NCBI RefSeq assembly: GCF_006345805.1
Contig: NC_042997.1
Coordinates: 22,258,001-22,322,000, forward strand
Length of the DNA stretch: 64,000 bases
From: Octopus sinensis
Lineage: Eukaryota
Reading direction: 5' to 3'
The notes under the pieces are model-generated. The model made no database searches, was not told where the DNA came from, and was given only the letters and a program-made list of their open reading frames with translations. The position numbers were made by a program, and so were the translations under genes. Below are positions 40,301 through 53,219 of this stretch, piece by piece. Every line of letters begins with the position of its first letter. The stretch's first letter is position 1.

Positions 40301-40574
40301 AGGTTACCACTAGTTTCAGTGCATCACTTTCACAGAATCCATATCCTTCACTCAGTTGACTGATTGGTATTATATCAGGTAACTGAAAGAAGACTGAGAA
40401 GTAACAATGAGGACTTATGTTTTAAAACAATTTATGGGTAATTATGCTGTATGTCCTTTGTTAGAAAGGAATAAAATAAATCTGTAGTCTTAAGGATATA
40501 AAGCAAAGGAAGACTATAAATCACATTGAAATATAGGGAAGAAAATACGAATAGGTGAGTGAGTCAAGAATGTC

Positions 40575-40971
40575 TACTCTTTGTTTCAGTCATTTGACTG
40601 TGGCCATGCTGGAGCACTGCCTTTAGTCGAACAAATCGACCCCAGGACTTATTCTTTGTAAGCCTAGTACTTATTCTATCGGTCTAGTTTGCCGAACCAC
40701 TAAGTTACGGCGACATAAACATACCACCATCAGTTTTCAAGTGATGTTGGGGGGACAAACACAGACACACAAACATATGCACACACACATATATATATAC
40801 ATATATACAAAGGGCTTCTTTCAGTTTCCAGCTACCAAATCTACTCACAAGGCTTTGGTCGACCTGAGGCTATAGTAGAAGACACTTGCCCAAGGTGCCA
40901 CGCAGTGGGATTGAACCCGGAACCATGTGGTTGGTAAACAAGCTACTTACCACACAGCCACTCCTATGCCT
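40575..40971 (-). mobile_element. SINE type A, antisense
   Basis: Full reverse complement of 39891-40300. Confidence 0.9.
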
Positions 40972-41139
40972 GTGTTGAGATGGATTTAGAGAAATGAAAA
41001 CAGTGAATCTATAAAGAAAACTACGAAGTGCAATCGAAATATTGATGAATAACAAAAGAAACTGTAATGGAAGAAGAAAGGACAGATGAAACAGCATATA
41101 ATCATATATAATGCTAATAACCTTGCAGCCTAAACCAGG

Positions 41140-41651
41140 GATGTAACCAGCCCACTTATGCGTACCTTCCCTTCATTGGACACTGCTTGCAATGACCTGT
41201 TGAGGCAAGCGAAATCGGAATCGAAATCAAATTCAATGACTGGCATCTGTGCTAGTGGAGCACTAAGAGCACCATCCGAGCGTGATTGTTGCCAGAGCAG
41301 CTAACTGGCGTTCTGGCCAGTGGCACATAAAAAGCACCATTCTAGCGTGATTGTCACCAGCATCACCTTACTGGCACTTGTGCCAGTGTGCAGGTGACAC
41401 GTAAAAAAAAAACACGATTTTCCGTGACTGTTGCCAGTACCACCTGACTGGCCCTCGTGGCATGTAAAAGCACCCACTACATTCTCAGAGTGGTTGGTGT
41501 TAGGAAGGGCATCCAGCTGTAGAAACTCTGCCAGATCAAGATTGGAGCCTGGTGCAGCCATCTGGTTCGCCAGTCCTCAGTCAAATCGTTCAACCCATGC
41601 TAGCATGGAAAGTGGACATTAAGCGACGATGATGATGATGATGATGATGAT
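41140..41651 (+). mobile_element. RTE 3' UTR copy (diverged subfamily) with three diverged repeat units and (GAT)n tail
   Basis: Collinear with 3515-4241 (GACCTGTTGAGGCAAG, CACCATCCGAGCGTG, CACCCACTACA, CCATGCTAGCATGG). Confidence 0.88.
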
Positions 41652-43049
41652 TACAGTATTCTTCTGTGCTATGATGAGCAACTTTATAATTCACGGATTA
41701 ATTTTTCATAATGTAAATTAATTCTATGACTTCCTAAGAATGAAAATCAAACTTGGATATAAACCATAACAGCTAGGCTAGCTTTGATTTACTTGTCTCT
41801 GTTAAATTCTTATCATTAAATATAAAGCCATTAATAAATTATGACACTCATGATATATAGCATCTATTTTAATACAAAAATACCATTTTCCTAATATGAC
41901 ATGTCTGAAAGTCACTGGTGTACTAATAGTAATAAATCCAAATCAAGTTGCAAGACTACTTGTTGACTTAGTTAACACAAGATCATTAAAAAGTTAATTA
42001 GAAATAATTATATTATGAAAGTAATATTGTTTTGGTTTTTTTTTTCATCTGTCAGTGAGTAAGTGAAACAACTCTGGACATGTTTTAATAAAATTAGATC
42101 TCCTTAGTATAGTATAAACTTCATTGTACTTGCCAAAGTAGCAATGAGAAAACCTCTTGGAACTTATAATTGTTGTTAAAAAGCATTCAGTTTTACCTTA
42201 AAAAAATATAGTTTTGATAATATTTTGTTAGTTTTATTTAATCGGGCTTATCTACTTTGATAAGATTTGAAATGATGAGCCATTCAATGTTTGCTATATC
42301 ATTGAGTTATCTCTTATTCAGCTGTCTAACCCGAACAAAGAAATTGAGTGACTGAGCATCTTTACTCTCTGGGGGTTTATTGTAATTTACTGCTGTTGGT
42401 TCCAGTATAAGTATAGTGACTAAGATTAGAAAATGATGGAAGATCCTCCAGATGTTTGGCAGCAAATGTTGTGTGAGTCAACAAAAAGCCTCTGCAGAGT
42501 TACTTTGTCTGCTAGAAATAACAGTAAATTCCCTTAAATTACATCCTGCTGTATTAATATGGAATGGTCACACTGGATGGCTCAGTCAGGATTGACTTGA
42601 GGTTAGGCAACAGCAACACAAAGGTTGTGACTTGCTATGCAAAGGGATATCTGCGTGAAACATTTGTAAATATATTGTTACCTTGTAGAAAGACATACTG
42701 TTGAATGTGGGATAAAATAGGTATGGCTTATCAGATATGTAATACCAAGCAGAATGCAGGTGATAAAGCATCTGAACATTAAAGTCATTGGCTGATGCGT
42801 TAAGTACTTACAATGGTGGAATGATCATGTAAACACATTCGCATGTCACCTGTGGAATATAAAACTGTAAGCTGATAGTGGGAGGCAATTTCAGTTGAAC
42901 CAGACCAAAATTGAACTGGTAAAAGTGGGGGAAAATCATATATGTAAATTTCAAACCTCCACAAATGTGATGCACTGTATATCAAAATGGATGAAGCTAT
43001 GTTACGATCTACATAAATAAAACCCATGCCAGCATGAGATTATATGTAT

Positions 43050-43455
43050 ACTCTTTACTCTTTTACTTGTTTAAGTCATTTGACTGCGGCCATGCTGGAG
43101 CACTGCCTTTAATCGAGCAACTCGACCCCGGGACTTATTCTTTTGTAAGCCCAGTACTTATTCTATCGGTCTCTTTTGCCGAACCGCTAAGTAACGGGGA
43201 CGTAAACACACCAGCATCGGTTGTCAAGCAATGTTGAGGGGGACAAACACAGACACACAAACATATACACACACACATATATATATATATATACATGTAT
43301 ATACGACGGGCTTCTTTCAGTTTCCGTCTACCAAATCCACTCACAAGGCATTGGTCAGCCCGGGGCTATAGCAGAAGACACTTGCCCAAGGTGCTACACA
43401 GGGGACTGAACCTAGAACCATGTGGTTGGTTAGCAAGCTACTTACCACACAGCCA
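43050..43455 (-). mobile_element. SINE type A, antisense
   Basis: Same body as 40575-40971. Confidence 0.9.
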
Positions 43456-45887
43456 TATATATATATAATCTTCAGTAAAATATAAATCCAAAAGAGAAGC
43501 ACACTAAGTTATAAAGCAGTAGAGTATATCGGGCCTATCTATCTTTGTGTGTGTGTGTGTGTGTGTATACACACACACACACACACACAGATACACACTC
43601 ACACAATTAAAGTTACTCTACTTATATACTTTGAAATAATAACTGAAGTTAAGTATTAAGTTTAAACTTTTAAATATACTTTTGAGTTCATTTTATATGT
43701 TTATTTAGTTTCAGTGTCAAGTAAATAAGTGCTGACCAAATAAAAGGTCAATGACATATAATTGGCTGTATCCTCCCCAATAAAATTCCCAGCTTTCCAC
43801 TTATGTTGGAATTGTGAGGGACTCACATACATGAACTTGAAATGCCTAAAAGCTTTTGTTTATTGTACTTCATCATATGGGATTTCGTTTTATACATTTT
43901 TGATGCCAGACATTCTCCTGAATCAGCTTCAGATTGAAATCTAATTCTTGTTTATTGTAGGTAAACAAAATATGTGTACCCCAGCATATTGAGTCGCACC
44001 AATGTAAATAAGCACTAACCACCTTAAATTTTAAGGATTATATCTCATTGTGTATTGACCTAGTTATCTTAGCATTTATATATGTTGACAAGTTAATTGC
44101 TCTTTAAATAAAGGCTTAGTGGTTCTGGTATAGAATGATTTTGGGAAGATATTGTGACACATAGTCAAGCCTATCTAATAGATTTTAGATCATTATTCTT
44201 CATGAATCAGAGAAATAGTTGAAAATACCAAATATATCATAGTCGATGTATACATAGATGCAGATGTGGCTTTCTAATTAGGAAGTTTCCTTCCCAACCA
44301 CATTTCTTCAGGTTCAGTCCCACTGCATGGCACCTTGGGGTTTGTGAGTGAATTTGGTAGATGAAAACTGGAAGAAGCCCATTATAATTATATAATTATA
44401 TAACTTATGTATATAGTATACAATATATATGGTATATAATTATAACTTGCCTGAAGACCTTGTCCACCCACAGGCAAAACTCAGAATGGCAAAAGACTGC
44501 TTCAAGAAAAATTAAAATGTGTGTGTACATAAGTGTGTATATTTGTTTGTGTTTTCCTTTTATCTTGGAAAATATAAGCTAGTTCATCATCATCATCATT
44601 TAACATGTTTTCCATGCCAGCATGGGTTAGACAGTTTGACAGGGACTGGTGAACCAGAGAGCTGTACCAGGCTCCAGTCTGATTTGACTAAATGCTATTA
44701 TTAATGCCAACCATTCTAAGAGTGTAGTCTTTTACATGTCTCAGAACATACTACTTTAACCATACTCTGGCTGTTAGCCTTTTTCCTTCCTACAAAATTA
44801 GGCTCAATTGCAATTCCTTTATTCTTTTACTGGTTTCAGTCATTGGACTATGTTCATGCTAAAGTACAACCTTTAAGGGTTTTAGTTGGTTTTCATCAAG
44901 AGCTTTATCAAGCCCAATATTTATTTCAAAATTTATTTCATCCACTTCTATTTATTGAAAGTTCAGTTACTTTTTTGACACAAAGGGACACAATTTGATG
45001 CCCCAGAATATACACACACATGTACAATCGGCTTTTGCACTGTTTCTTTCAACCAAATTTCACTACAAAAGGCCTGGGTCAATGCTACAACTCTACAGTA
45101 GAAGGCACTTACCAAGCTGCATATAACAGAATTATATAGTTGCTATGTGAACTTGTTAACTATAGAATAGAACATAATCAAATATGTCCTTTGTAAACAT
45201 GGTGTACTGGATGTCAGATAAGTGCTCTTGGTATGAGAAATGACTAAAGCCTTAAAGGTATTTAGAGATTCAATTAGAGCGATTATATATTAGAGAGTAA
45301 AAGTAGGAAAAGTTATATCTTAAAATCACAGGAGAGATAAGTACGTAATATAAGCAATATTGTATTTATAAATAAATAGATAAAGTACACCTATGATCAT
45401 TAAAGAATTTTTTTTTTAAGTTTTGAAAGTTCTATAATCATTTCATGAATATACTACCTCTCAAAATGAAATCTAAAATTGATAAGCATCGTTCGGAAAT
45501 ATATTCACTCAGAGAAAAGGATGAATTTCAGTGGAGGAAATCAAATGCGGGAAATACTATTTAAAATCGAATGAGAAAAGTGTTGTTTAAAAAATTATTC
45601 CTATAAATCTGTGTTGATATAAATTTGATCTATTTGAATAAGTGAAATAAATCCATGGTAAAAATCCATGGTAAGAATCTGTAATAGTTATGTAGAGATA
45701 GAATTCCCATCATCCATTTCCTCTTCCGTGTGTAATCCATAAATGTAAGAGAATAAAAGTGATTAATTGTTGTTTTTATATTTATAGAGATAAAACCAGG
45801 AGATATCATTGTTATATTTTATGCAAATGTAAATATGTTTGTGTTTTGACTTAGTATAGAGTAAATTAATATATTATATTTAAAGTC

Positions 45888-45935
45888 AATTAGTTATATA
45901 TTAGAAGAGTATGCTCTTCTAATATATAACTAATT
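45888..45935. repeat. Perfect 22-bp inverted repeat with 4-nt loop
   Basis: AATTAGTTATATATTAGAAGAG-TATG-CTCTTCTAATATATAACTAATT. Confidence 0.9.
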
Positions 45936-46547
45936 ATATATATATAATTTCCATAATGATTTTACAGCAACTTTATCTTTACTTGCATTTATTTTGTCTC
46001 AATTTGAAATAAGAGCAATTGAACATAATGAAACAAAATCTAATACGGGTGAGTCAGGGATTAGAAGTAAATCTCCGTACAAGATAGGTTCAGGACACTG
46101 TTTTGATACCAAGTAGCATCCATATCACCAGCGCTCTGGAAAAAAGACAAGAATAGCATGTACTTTTATTTTCCTACCCTATAAATCTTCTGCCCTGTGT
46201 ATAGAATAAATCAACATTGCTTAGTATTCATGTCAAACTGCCAACTAACTACCTTAGCTGGGAGTCTATGTTTCACAGACAGAAGCCATAAGTGTTAACT
46301 AATTTGTTATTATATAGGCTATGTAAATTATTGGGAAATAGGGAATATTATGAAAGTTATTGTATTACTGTTGTAGTTACTGACTCTAAATCGTTAAGTC
46401 AAAACCAAATAAAACTTGTGCACTTTTCAGATTTTCATTCAATAATAAATCTACAACTGTTTGTTTAAATTTTTATTTTCTTAATCTCTAAAATATTCAT
46501 CATTGTATTTCCTCTTCATTTCTTTATCTTTGATTTAAACACTTTAG

Positions 46548-46661
46548 GAAGATTTACAACGAAGAGGTAAAGTTTCAAATATTATCAATCGAATTGGTAA
46601 TTACCAAGCAGGAATTGCTCCTAACCTCGAAGAGGAAGAGGCTGCACCAAAAAAGAGCAAG
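46548..46661 (+). CDS. KCC exon (EDLQRRGKVSNIINRIGNYQAGIAPNLEEEEAAPKKSK)
   Basis: TTTAG acceptor, AAG|GTGAGT donor, 114 nt phase 0-0; resembles KCC EE..RPKVSSLL.R..NY segment. Confidence 0.93.
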
Positions 46662-46904
46662 GTGAGTGTATGATTATACTAGTCATTATATATTGTAATA
46701 GTTATTTTACAGAAGATTTTTCATATTTTGTAGTATATAATTCTTTATAATCTGTTCTTAAATACTTTGACATTTACTCCTATTTTACTCGGAGTGCTAT
46801 ATCATTTTAAAGGAAGATACTCTAATTCATAAAGAACAAAATAGTCATGTCTAGGAATTTGTTTTGCAAGATTCCTGAACTGAAATCATGTTTAAACAGA
46901 TATT

Positions 46905-47265
46905 ATTATATTTCAGGATGGTCGTTTTTTACCTTGTCAAATACATGCACTATATACATGCACTATATATTCGTTCTTCACTTGTTTATTATTATTCTCA
47001 TTTTGTCTCATGTCCATTGTTTGGAAATCACTTGTCACACACCTGTGACCTTTTCAGTAACTCTTCTATCCCACACATGGGATGGAAGAGTCACTGAGGA
47101 GGTCACATGTCTGCGACAAAAGATTTCTAGGCAATAGACATGAGACAAAATGAGAACAATAATAAACAAGTAAAGAGCAAATATATAGTGAGTGTGTTTA
47201 TTTGGCAAGAAAAGAAAATGACCCACCCAAAATATAACAAAAATGACCCACTGAAATATAACAAA
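46905..47265. repeat. Long fold-back palindrome centred at ~47075
   Basis: CTCATTTTGTCTCATGTC...CTCTTCTATCCCA-CACA-TGGGATGGAAGAG...GACATGAGACAAAATGAG. Confidence 0.92.
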
Positions 47266-47516
47266 ACTAATCATAACAAATGATTTAGCTGAGCCAGGAT
47301 ACCTGTCTTTATACCAAGTTATGATGGCACTTTAATGTAATGACACTTTAAGTCGTATAATTGAGAATTTCCAAGTTTATGATGAATCTTGTACATAATT
47401 TGCATGAGTGAACTATTTCAAAAAACTACAGAAAAATTATGTTACATTTCATGAAATTATTATAAACCGGGTCATTAATTTACAAAGAAGATTGAGGTCT
47501 TTTCTTTTTTTTCCAG

Positions 47517-47663
47517 GGAGCCAAGCTAGGAACATTGATGGGAGTGTACCTGCCCTGCATTCAAAATATATTCGGTGTTCTGCTGTTTGTACGCATGACC
47601 TGGATTGTAGGATCTGCTGGTGCCATAGAAAGTTTTTTGATAGTGATCGTCTGCTGTTCCACG
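47517..47663 (+). CDS. KCC exon, TM1-TM2 ([49 protein letters not shown])
   Basis: CCAG acceptor, ACG|GTAAGT donor, 147 nt; diagnostic KCC motif GVYLPC.QNIFGV. Confidence 0.97.
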
Positions 47664-47914
47664 GTAAGTAATTTTTCAATATTAATGTGTTGTCCTTTTA
47701 CCCCCAACTACATTCAGCTTAGAAACCAAATATCATGGCTATAATTCCTTATAAAAAATTTTTTCTTATTGCTGCCTAATATATTTAAATTTCTTGTTTC
47801 TCTTCCTAGTAAACAATAATTCTATCTTCATATTTTTGCCTTTCTGATATTCAGGTGGTTTGATAAGGCAGATTATATATATAATTACATAATAAAAAGA
47901 GAAAAATATAAATA

Positions 47915-48245
47915 AACTAGCACTCTGTCAGTTATGACAACAAACGTTCCAGTTGAACTGATTAATGGAACAACCTGCTCATGAAATTAACTTGCAAGTG
48001 GCTGAGCACTCCACAGACACGTGTATCCTTAATGTAGTTCTCAAAAAGATTCTGCATGACACAGAATGTGACAAGGCTGTCCCTTTGAATTACAGATACA
48101 ACTCATTTTTGCCAGCTGAGTGAACTGGAGCAATGTAAAATAAAGTGTCTCGCTCAAGAACACAATATGCTACTGGGTATCAAACCCAGGACCTTACAAA
48201 ATCATGAGCCAAACCCCCTAACTGCTTAGCCACATACCTTCACAT
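47915..48245 (-). mobile_element. tRNA-derived SINE, antisense
   Basis: Minus-strand TGGCTAAGCAG A box, GGTTTGATACC B box, TTCTTGAGCGAGACACTTTA core; related to 51775-52000. Confidence 0.7.
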
Positions 48246-48319
48246 GTACTGCAATCTAAGACACTGCACTATGTCATTGTTATTATATAATTAGTAATCT
48301 TAAATATTCTCCTTACTCC

Positions 48320-48946
48320 GGCTATCTATCTGAGGCTTTATATAGCTATGATGCGGCCTCACCTGGAATTTGCATCACCGGTCTGAAACCTCTATCTTGC
48401 CCAGGATATTAATCATCTGGAAACCGTTCAGCGACATGCAACCAAGAGAATACCCTCCATCAGGCATTTGCCATATTCTGAACGTCTTACTTCCCTGGGC
48501 ATGGATACATTGAAATTCCGACGTCTGGCAGCTGACTTGGCAGACACCCATAAAATTATTAACCATCTTACAAACAATAACTCTGAGCACCTTTTCAAAC
48601 TCCACTTGTCTAACACCTGTGGACATGTTTACAAAGTCAGAAAACAGCACAGCTCCCATGACTTTTGGAAACATTTTTTCACACTAAGAGTTGCTGAATC
48701 ATGGAACAAACTGCCGGCATCAGTTGTTAGTTGTTGGAGCACTGCATCCTTCAAAACTTCCATGCTTCCTGAGATTCGCCAACACTACACCTGATTTCCT
48801 CCCCTCCATACACACGCAAGCATGTATCTGACTCATTCACTGTTAACTTTCCAGACATTTGTACATTACTGCATATGCTTTATGTGCACTTTTGACAAGT
48901 TGTGGTGCACCTGAGCACTGTATACAATAATTTCATTATTATTATT
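48320..48946 (+). mobile_element. CR1-clade LINE 3' fragment
   Basis: HLEFASPVW..., LETVQRHATKRI, YSERLTSLG, RR..ADL, FFTLRVAESWNKLPASVV; (ATT)n tail. Confidence 0.9.
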
Positions 48947-49119
48947 TTAAAAAAATGGTAAATGGCTCCTACCTATTAATTGGTTAATGTTTGTATCTTT
49001 TTTTAAAAAATATATCATAAGCAAATAAAAGGTTAACTGCAGCAACTTTACAGAAATATTAAACTAGTATGTGATTTCATATAAATAAAATATTAACTTT
49101 TCTATTGATTCTATTGCAG

Positions 49120-49305
49120 ACATTACTAACTTCAATCTCCATGAGTGCTATCGCCACTAATGGTGTAGTTCCTGGTGGAGGGTCATATTTCATGATATCA
49201 AGGTCTCTGGGACCAGAATTCGGTGGTGCTGTTGGTATTTTATTCTATCTTGGCACTTCTGTAGCATCGTCTATGTACATCATTGGTGCTGTGGAAATTT
49301 TACTA
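49120..49305 (+). CDS. KCC exon, TM2-TM3 ([62 protein letters not shown])
   Basis: TTGCAG acceptor, CTA|GTAAGT donor, 186 nt; SLC12 signature SAIATNG...[14 protein letters not shown]. Confidence 0.98.
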
Positions 49306-50373
49306 GTAAGTCTATGTTTGATTTAACGTATGAATTTCTATTTTTGACTGTTTTTACTAAATTGCCCCCTTCATCATCTGAAATCAATGACTAAATTGGA
49401 AAAGATTGAGAAAACTATCATAAAATAAACAGATTATAAGTAATTTCTCATGCCAGACAAGGTGCAAAGTGGCAGCAAAGGTCAATGATAGATTCATAGA
49501 TAGAGTTCTCCATCTCAGAAAATTAGCATTAAAAATGCGTCTGTGATTAAACATTTAAAAATATTGATTAATAAGAATATTTGTAATAAAGACAATTATA
49601 CATAATGGTTTTACACATTGCCGAACATAAAAGTGGAACTGCTAAATCCAAGAAAACTAATGATTCTCTCTCTCTCTCTCTCATATTCAGAAACTCTTGT
49701 TATGATTATACACACACACAACATATGTATAAACAAACAGGCTTCCACTCAGTTTCTGTCAACCAGATGCTGCTTGCATCAACTTGACAATATAGAAGAC
49801 ACTTGCCTAGAGTGCCACACAGTGAGATTGAACCCAGAACACTGTTGTTGTAAAGCGAATTTCTTAACCATCACCTATATTTGAACCTATGTTATTAGTG
49901 ATAATTGTTTTAATTATTGTCTCCTTGGATAAATGGTATTACTCTTTAAAACATTGGATGACATTCTCAATTACAGAAAGAATGAGATAAAATAAAGTGC
50001 ATAGCAGAAAAACATGAGAAAAGAAACTGTCAGAATGTAGGAATTTGTGCAATATTTGTGTGTGTGTGTGTATTGTGAGAAAAATGCAATATAGGGGTGA
50101 TGGATGGGGGATGGCAGAGTGTAACCAGTAAGTTTTGAAAAGCAAAGTTTTCTGTAATTGGAGAAATTGTATAAACAATGAGAACATAACCCCATGATGA
50201 ATTAGAAATTGAAGATATGTTATGAAATATGTCATTTAGTTAATCATAAGGTTTTCTTTTGAATATGATCTAAGCTGTTAGTGATAAAAAGTCAGTGAAG
50301 AAATCAGTCTTCTAGTACAATGCCGAGTAGTTGGGTGTAGAATAGGGTTTCATAGTGTCAGAGTGCTCTAAAC

Positions 50374-50693
50374 CAGTGCTTCTCAAACTATCTGATGTGG
50401 TGTACCAGCAGTTTTTTTGGGGGTTTTTTTTTGTCAATGTGCCGGGGGACTGGTAATATTTCTTAGTAATATTAATTTATACCAGAACCAATATATATAA
50501 AGAATATAATAAAAGTTGACAAGGTGTAGGAGTGGCTGTGTGGTATGTAGTTTGCTTACCAACCACATGGTTCCGGGTTCAGTCCCACTGCATGGCACCT
50601 TTGGCAAATGTCTTCTACTATAGCCTCGGGCCAACTAAAGCCTTGTGAGTGGATTTGGTAGACGGAAACTGAAAGAAGCCCATCGTATATATG

Positions 50694-50724
<31 letters not shown>

Positions 50725-51087
50725 CTGTGTTTATCTCCCCAACATCGCTTGACAACCGATGGTGGTTTGTTTACGTCCCCCGTAACTTAGCAGTTCGGTA
50801 AAAGAGACCGATAGAATAAGTACTAGGCTTACAAAGAATAAGTCCTGGGGTCGATTTGCTCGACTAAAGGTGGTGCTCCAGCATGGCAACAGTCAAATGA
50901 CTGAAACAAGTAAAAGAGTAATTTTTTTAATCTTATATTTATATTGTAAACAAACAGTATGATATTACATAAGTATTTTATAAGCATTTTATAATGTTTC
51001 TTTCTTTTCTGGAAACTCACTGCATACCAGCAGCTGATGGTTCACAGACTGGCACCAGCCCATGGATCACCACTTTGAGTAGCACTG
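50374..51087. mobile_element. hAT (Charlie-like) MITE with nested SINE
   Basis: TIR CAGTGCTTCTCAAA / TTTGAGTAGCACTG; 8-bp TSD CTCTAAAC / CTCTAAAA. Confidence 0.85.
50522..50920 (+). mobile_element. SINE type A nested in hAT MITE
   Basis: Full-length head to tail match with 39891-40300. Confidence 0.9.
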
Positions 51088-52604
51088 CTCTAAAAAAAAT
51101 ATTCAGCCTTTCATGATTAAGATTTTGACAACGTTGAAAACATAGGGCTTGAAATAGGGGTCACTGAAGACTTGTTGTCCAAACATGTATAGAATAGTTA
51201 ATTCCATAATTTTTAGATCATTAGTGAAGTTTTTAATGCATTTTTGCCAAAATATCAAATCTTCACTGGGGACATAGTGTAAGTGTAATGTAAAAATATC
51301 TGAAGAGAACTGTTACCATCAGCAATTGAAAGATTAGATTTAAAGGAACCAAGCAAATGGAAGCTAGATTAATTTGCATTAGAGAGATTTTTTTGTTTTT
51401 TACTAAAGAGAAGGAGTAGTGCCTATGACCTCCCAGACTGGTATGGTTGATGCAATTGAATTTCTTTGTCAAATTCTGAAGGAAAGGATGCATCTCTTCC
51501 AAGGTGGGAAACAAAGTACTTAAAGCTAGGTTCACTAAGACAATAAAGATGATGAGAAGAGTATAGGTGGGCTTTGCCAGAGGTGTTATATAGCTGCCTA
51601 GTTCAGAATAGCAGAAAGTATTAGAATAACGGTGAAAGAGACGGAGAAGAGAAACAGGACATATGTAAACTAGAGTAAAGACCTCACTCATCATGAATGA
51701 CCATGGGATTACACCTAGAAAATTAACCTCTGAGGAACAAGTCCGGGAAAGGTTGTTTATGGAAGACCAGACGTTACCCATGCATACCAGCCTCCTCTGT
51801 CCATTCCATTGATGTTATCCAATGGAAAGGCAAAGGTCCATACAGCTTGGCACCAGTGACATCACAACTCATTTCTACAGTTGAGTGAATTGGAGCAACA
51901 TAAAACAAAGTGTTTTGCTCAAGAACACCATGTACAACCTGATCTGGGAATCAAACTGACTACCGCATGATGCTCTGACCACTGAGCCATGCGCCTTCAC
52001 ATCTGTAAACTATGATTGCAGTATGGTAATGAGTGAATCTTTTACAATCAACTCAGATGAATGGATTCACAGAAAAGTCATTTATGAATGATTCATATCA
52101 TGAAAGTAGTTGAGATGCTCAATCTATAATAAAGATTATTTTAAAATATGAATCAGTGTTAGAAATAATGCATATTCCATTATAATAAACTAATATATAA
52201 TATCAATAAAATTTGAATGCTATTTGTATTGCATAAAATATTTAGTAAGCCTTGTTTTCTAAAGGTAACACCAGTTTATTTACTAAAAAATAGATATTTT
52301 AACGCCAATATTACTGAGGTCTAGGAAGATTCGGTTAGAAGAAGCAGTCATCTGCTAAACTATATGCCTTATTGTCTTCAGTCTCATCACTCTTTTGTTT
52401 GGCTACTTTCTGAGTTATCTTTGCCTTTATCAACTGCATTTTTGGTTCTGTAGCAATAACTGGGGACAGATGTAGTTAATATTTATTCTCTTTAATTAGC
52501 ATCTTTGTGCTAGGCCATTATCATTTATATGGTAAAGTATTGATTCCATTTGTATTTAAGTATAGGATTAATATGACAGAAATTTCTTTTCTTTCTAATT
52601 TCAG

Positions 52605-52816
52605 ACATATATTGCACCCCAGATGTCAATATTTGAGGACATGTATCACAACTTTCGAATATATGGAACAGCTACATTAATTTTACTGTCCACTTTCGTC
52701 TTTATTGGTGTCAGATTTGTCAGCAAATTTGCCACCCTTTCGTTGGCCTGTGTCATATTGTCCATTATTAGTATATATATTGGAATATTTGTCACCAATG
52801 AGAATCGAAGTATAAA
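52605..52816 (+). CDS. KCC exon, TM4-TM5 (TYIAPQMSIFEDMYHNFRIYGT...SIYIGIFVTNENRSIK)
   Basis: TTTCAG acceptor, AA|GTAAGT donor, 212 nt phase 0-2; motifs N.R.YGT, GV.FV.KFA...LACVI.SI.SIY.G. Confidence 0.97.
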
Positions 52817-53219
52817 GTAAGTAAATTATATTTATTTATCAATAATCTGCTTATAATTAAAATCACAGCAATGATTCTGTTTTTATATTTATTTAGTTAT
52901 TGTTTTTAATTGATTTGTGAGATTTTTTTGAGGTGGGGAGGTTAATTCCAGTACATTTGGAGTAGATATTTTTATAGCCTGATTTTTTATCTCACACCAA
53001 ACATTCAGAGTAGAACCTGTTGTCAGGGTGACTCAAGAAAGCAGTGTTATGAGCTTTTCTCTATGACATTGTTAATTAGCTAGCATAATTTTTGACATAA
53101 TTATAAGTTAGTTATCTCACTGTACTATGCTTTACTCTGCTTGAACTGGTAATGAAATATAATATGAATGACCATGATAATGATGACAAGGAATTTCACA
53201 AATGGTACATGTTAATCTT

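Noticed and set aside
51263-51781. 172-aa minus-strand ORF
   Set aside because: No recognisable motif or splice support; probably antisense of a decayed repeat.
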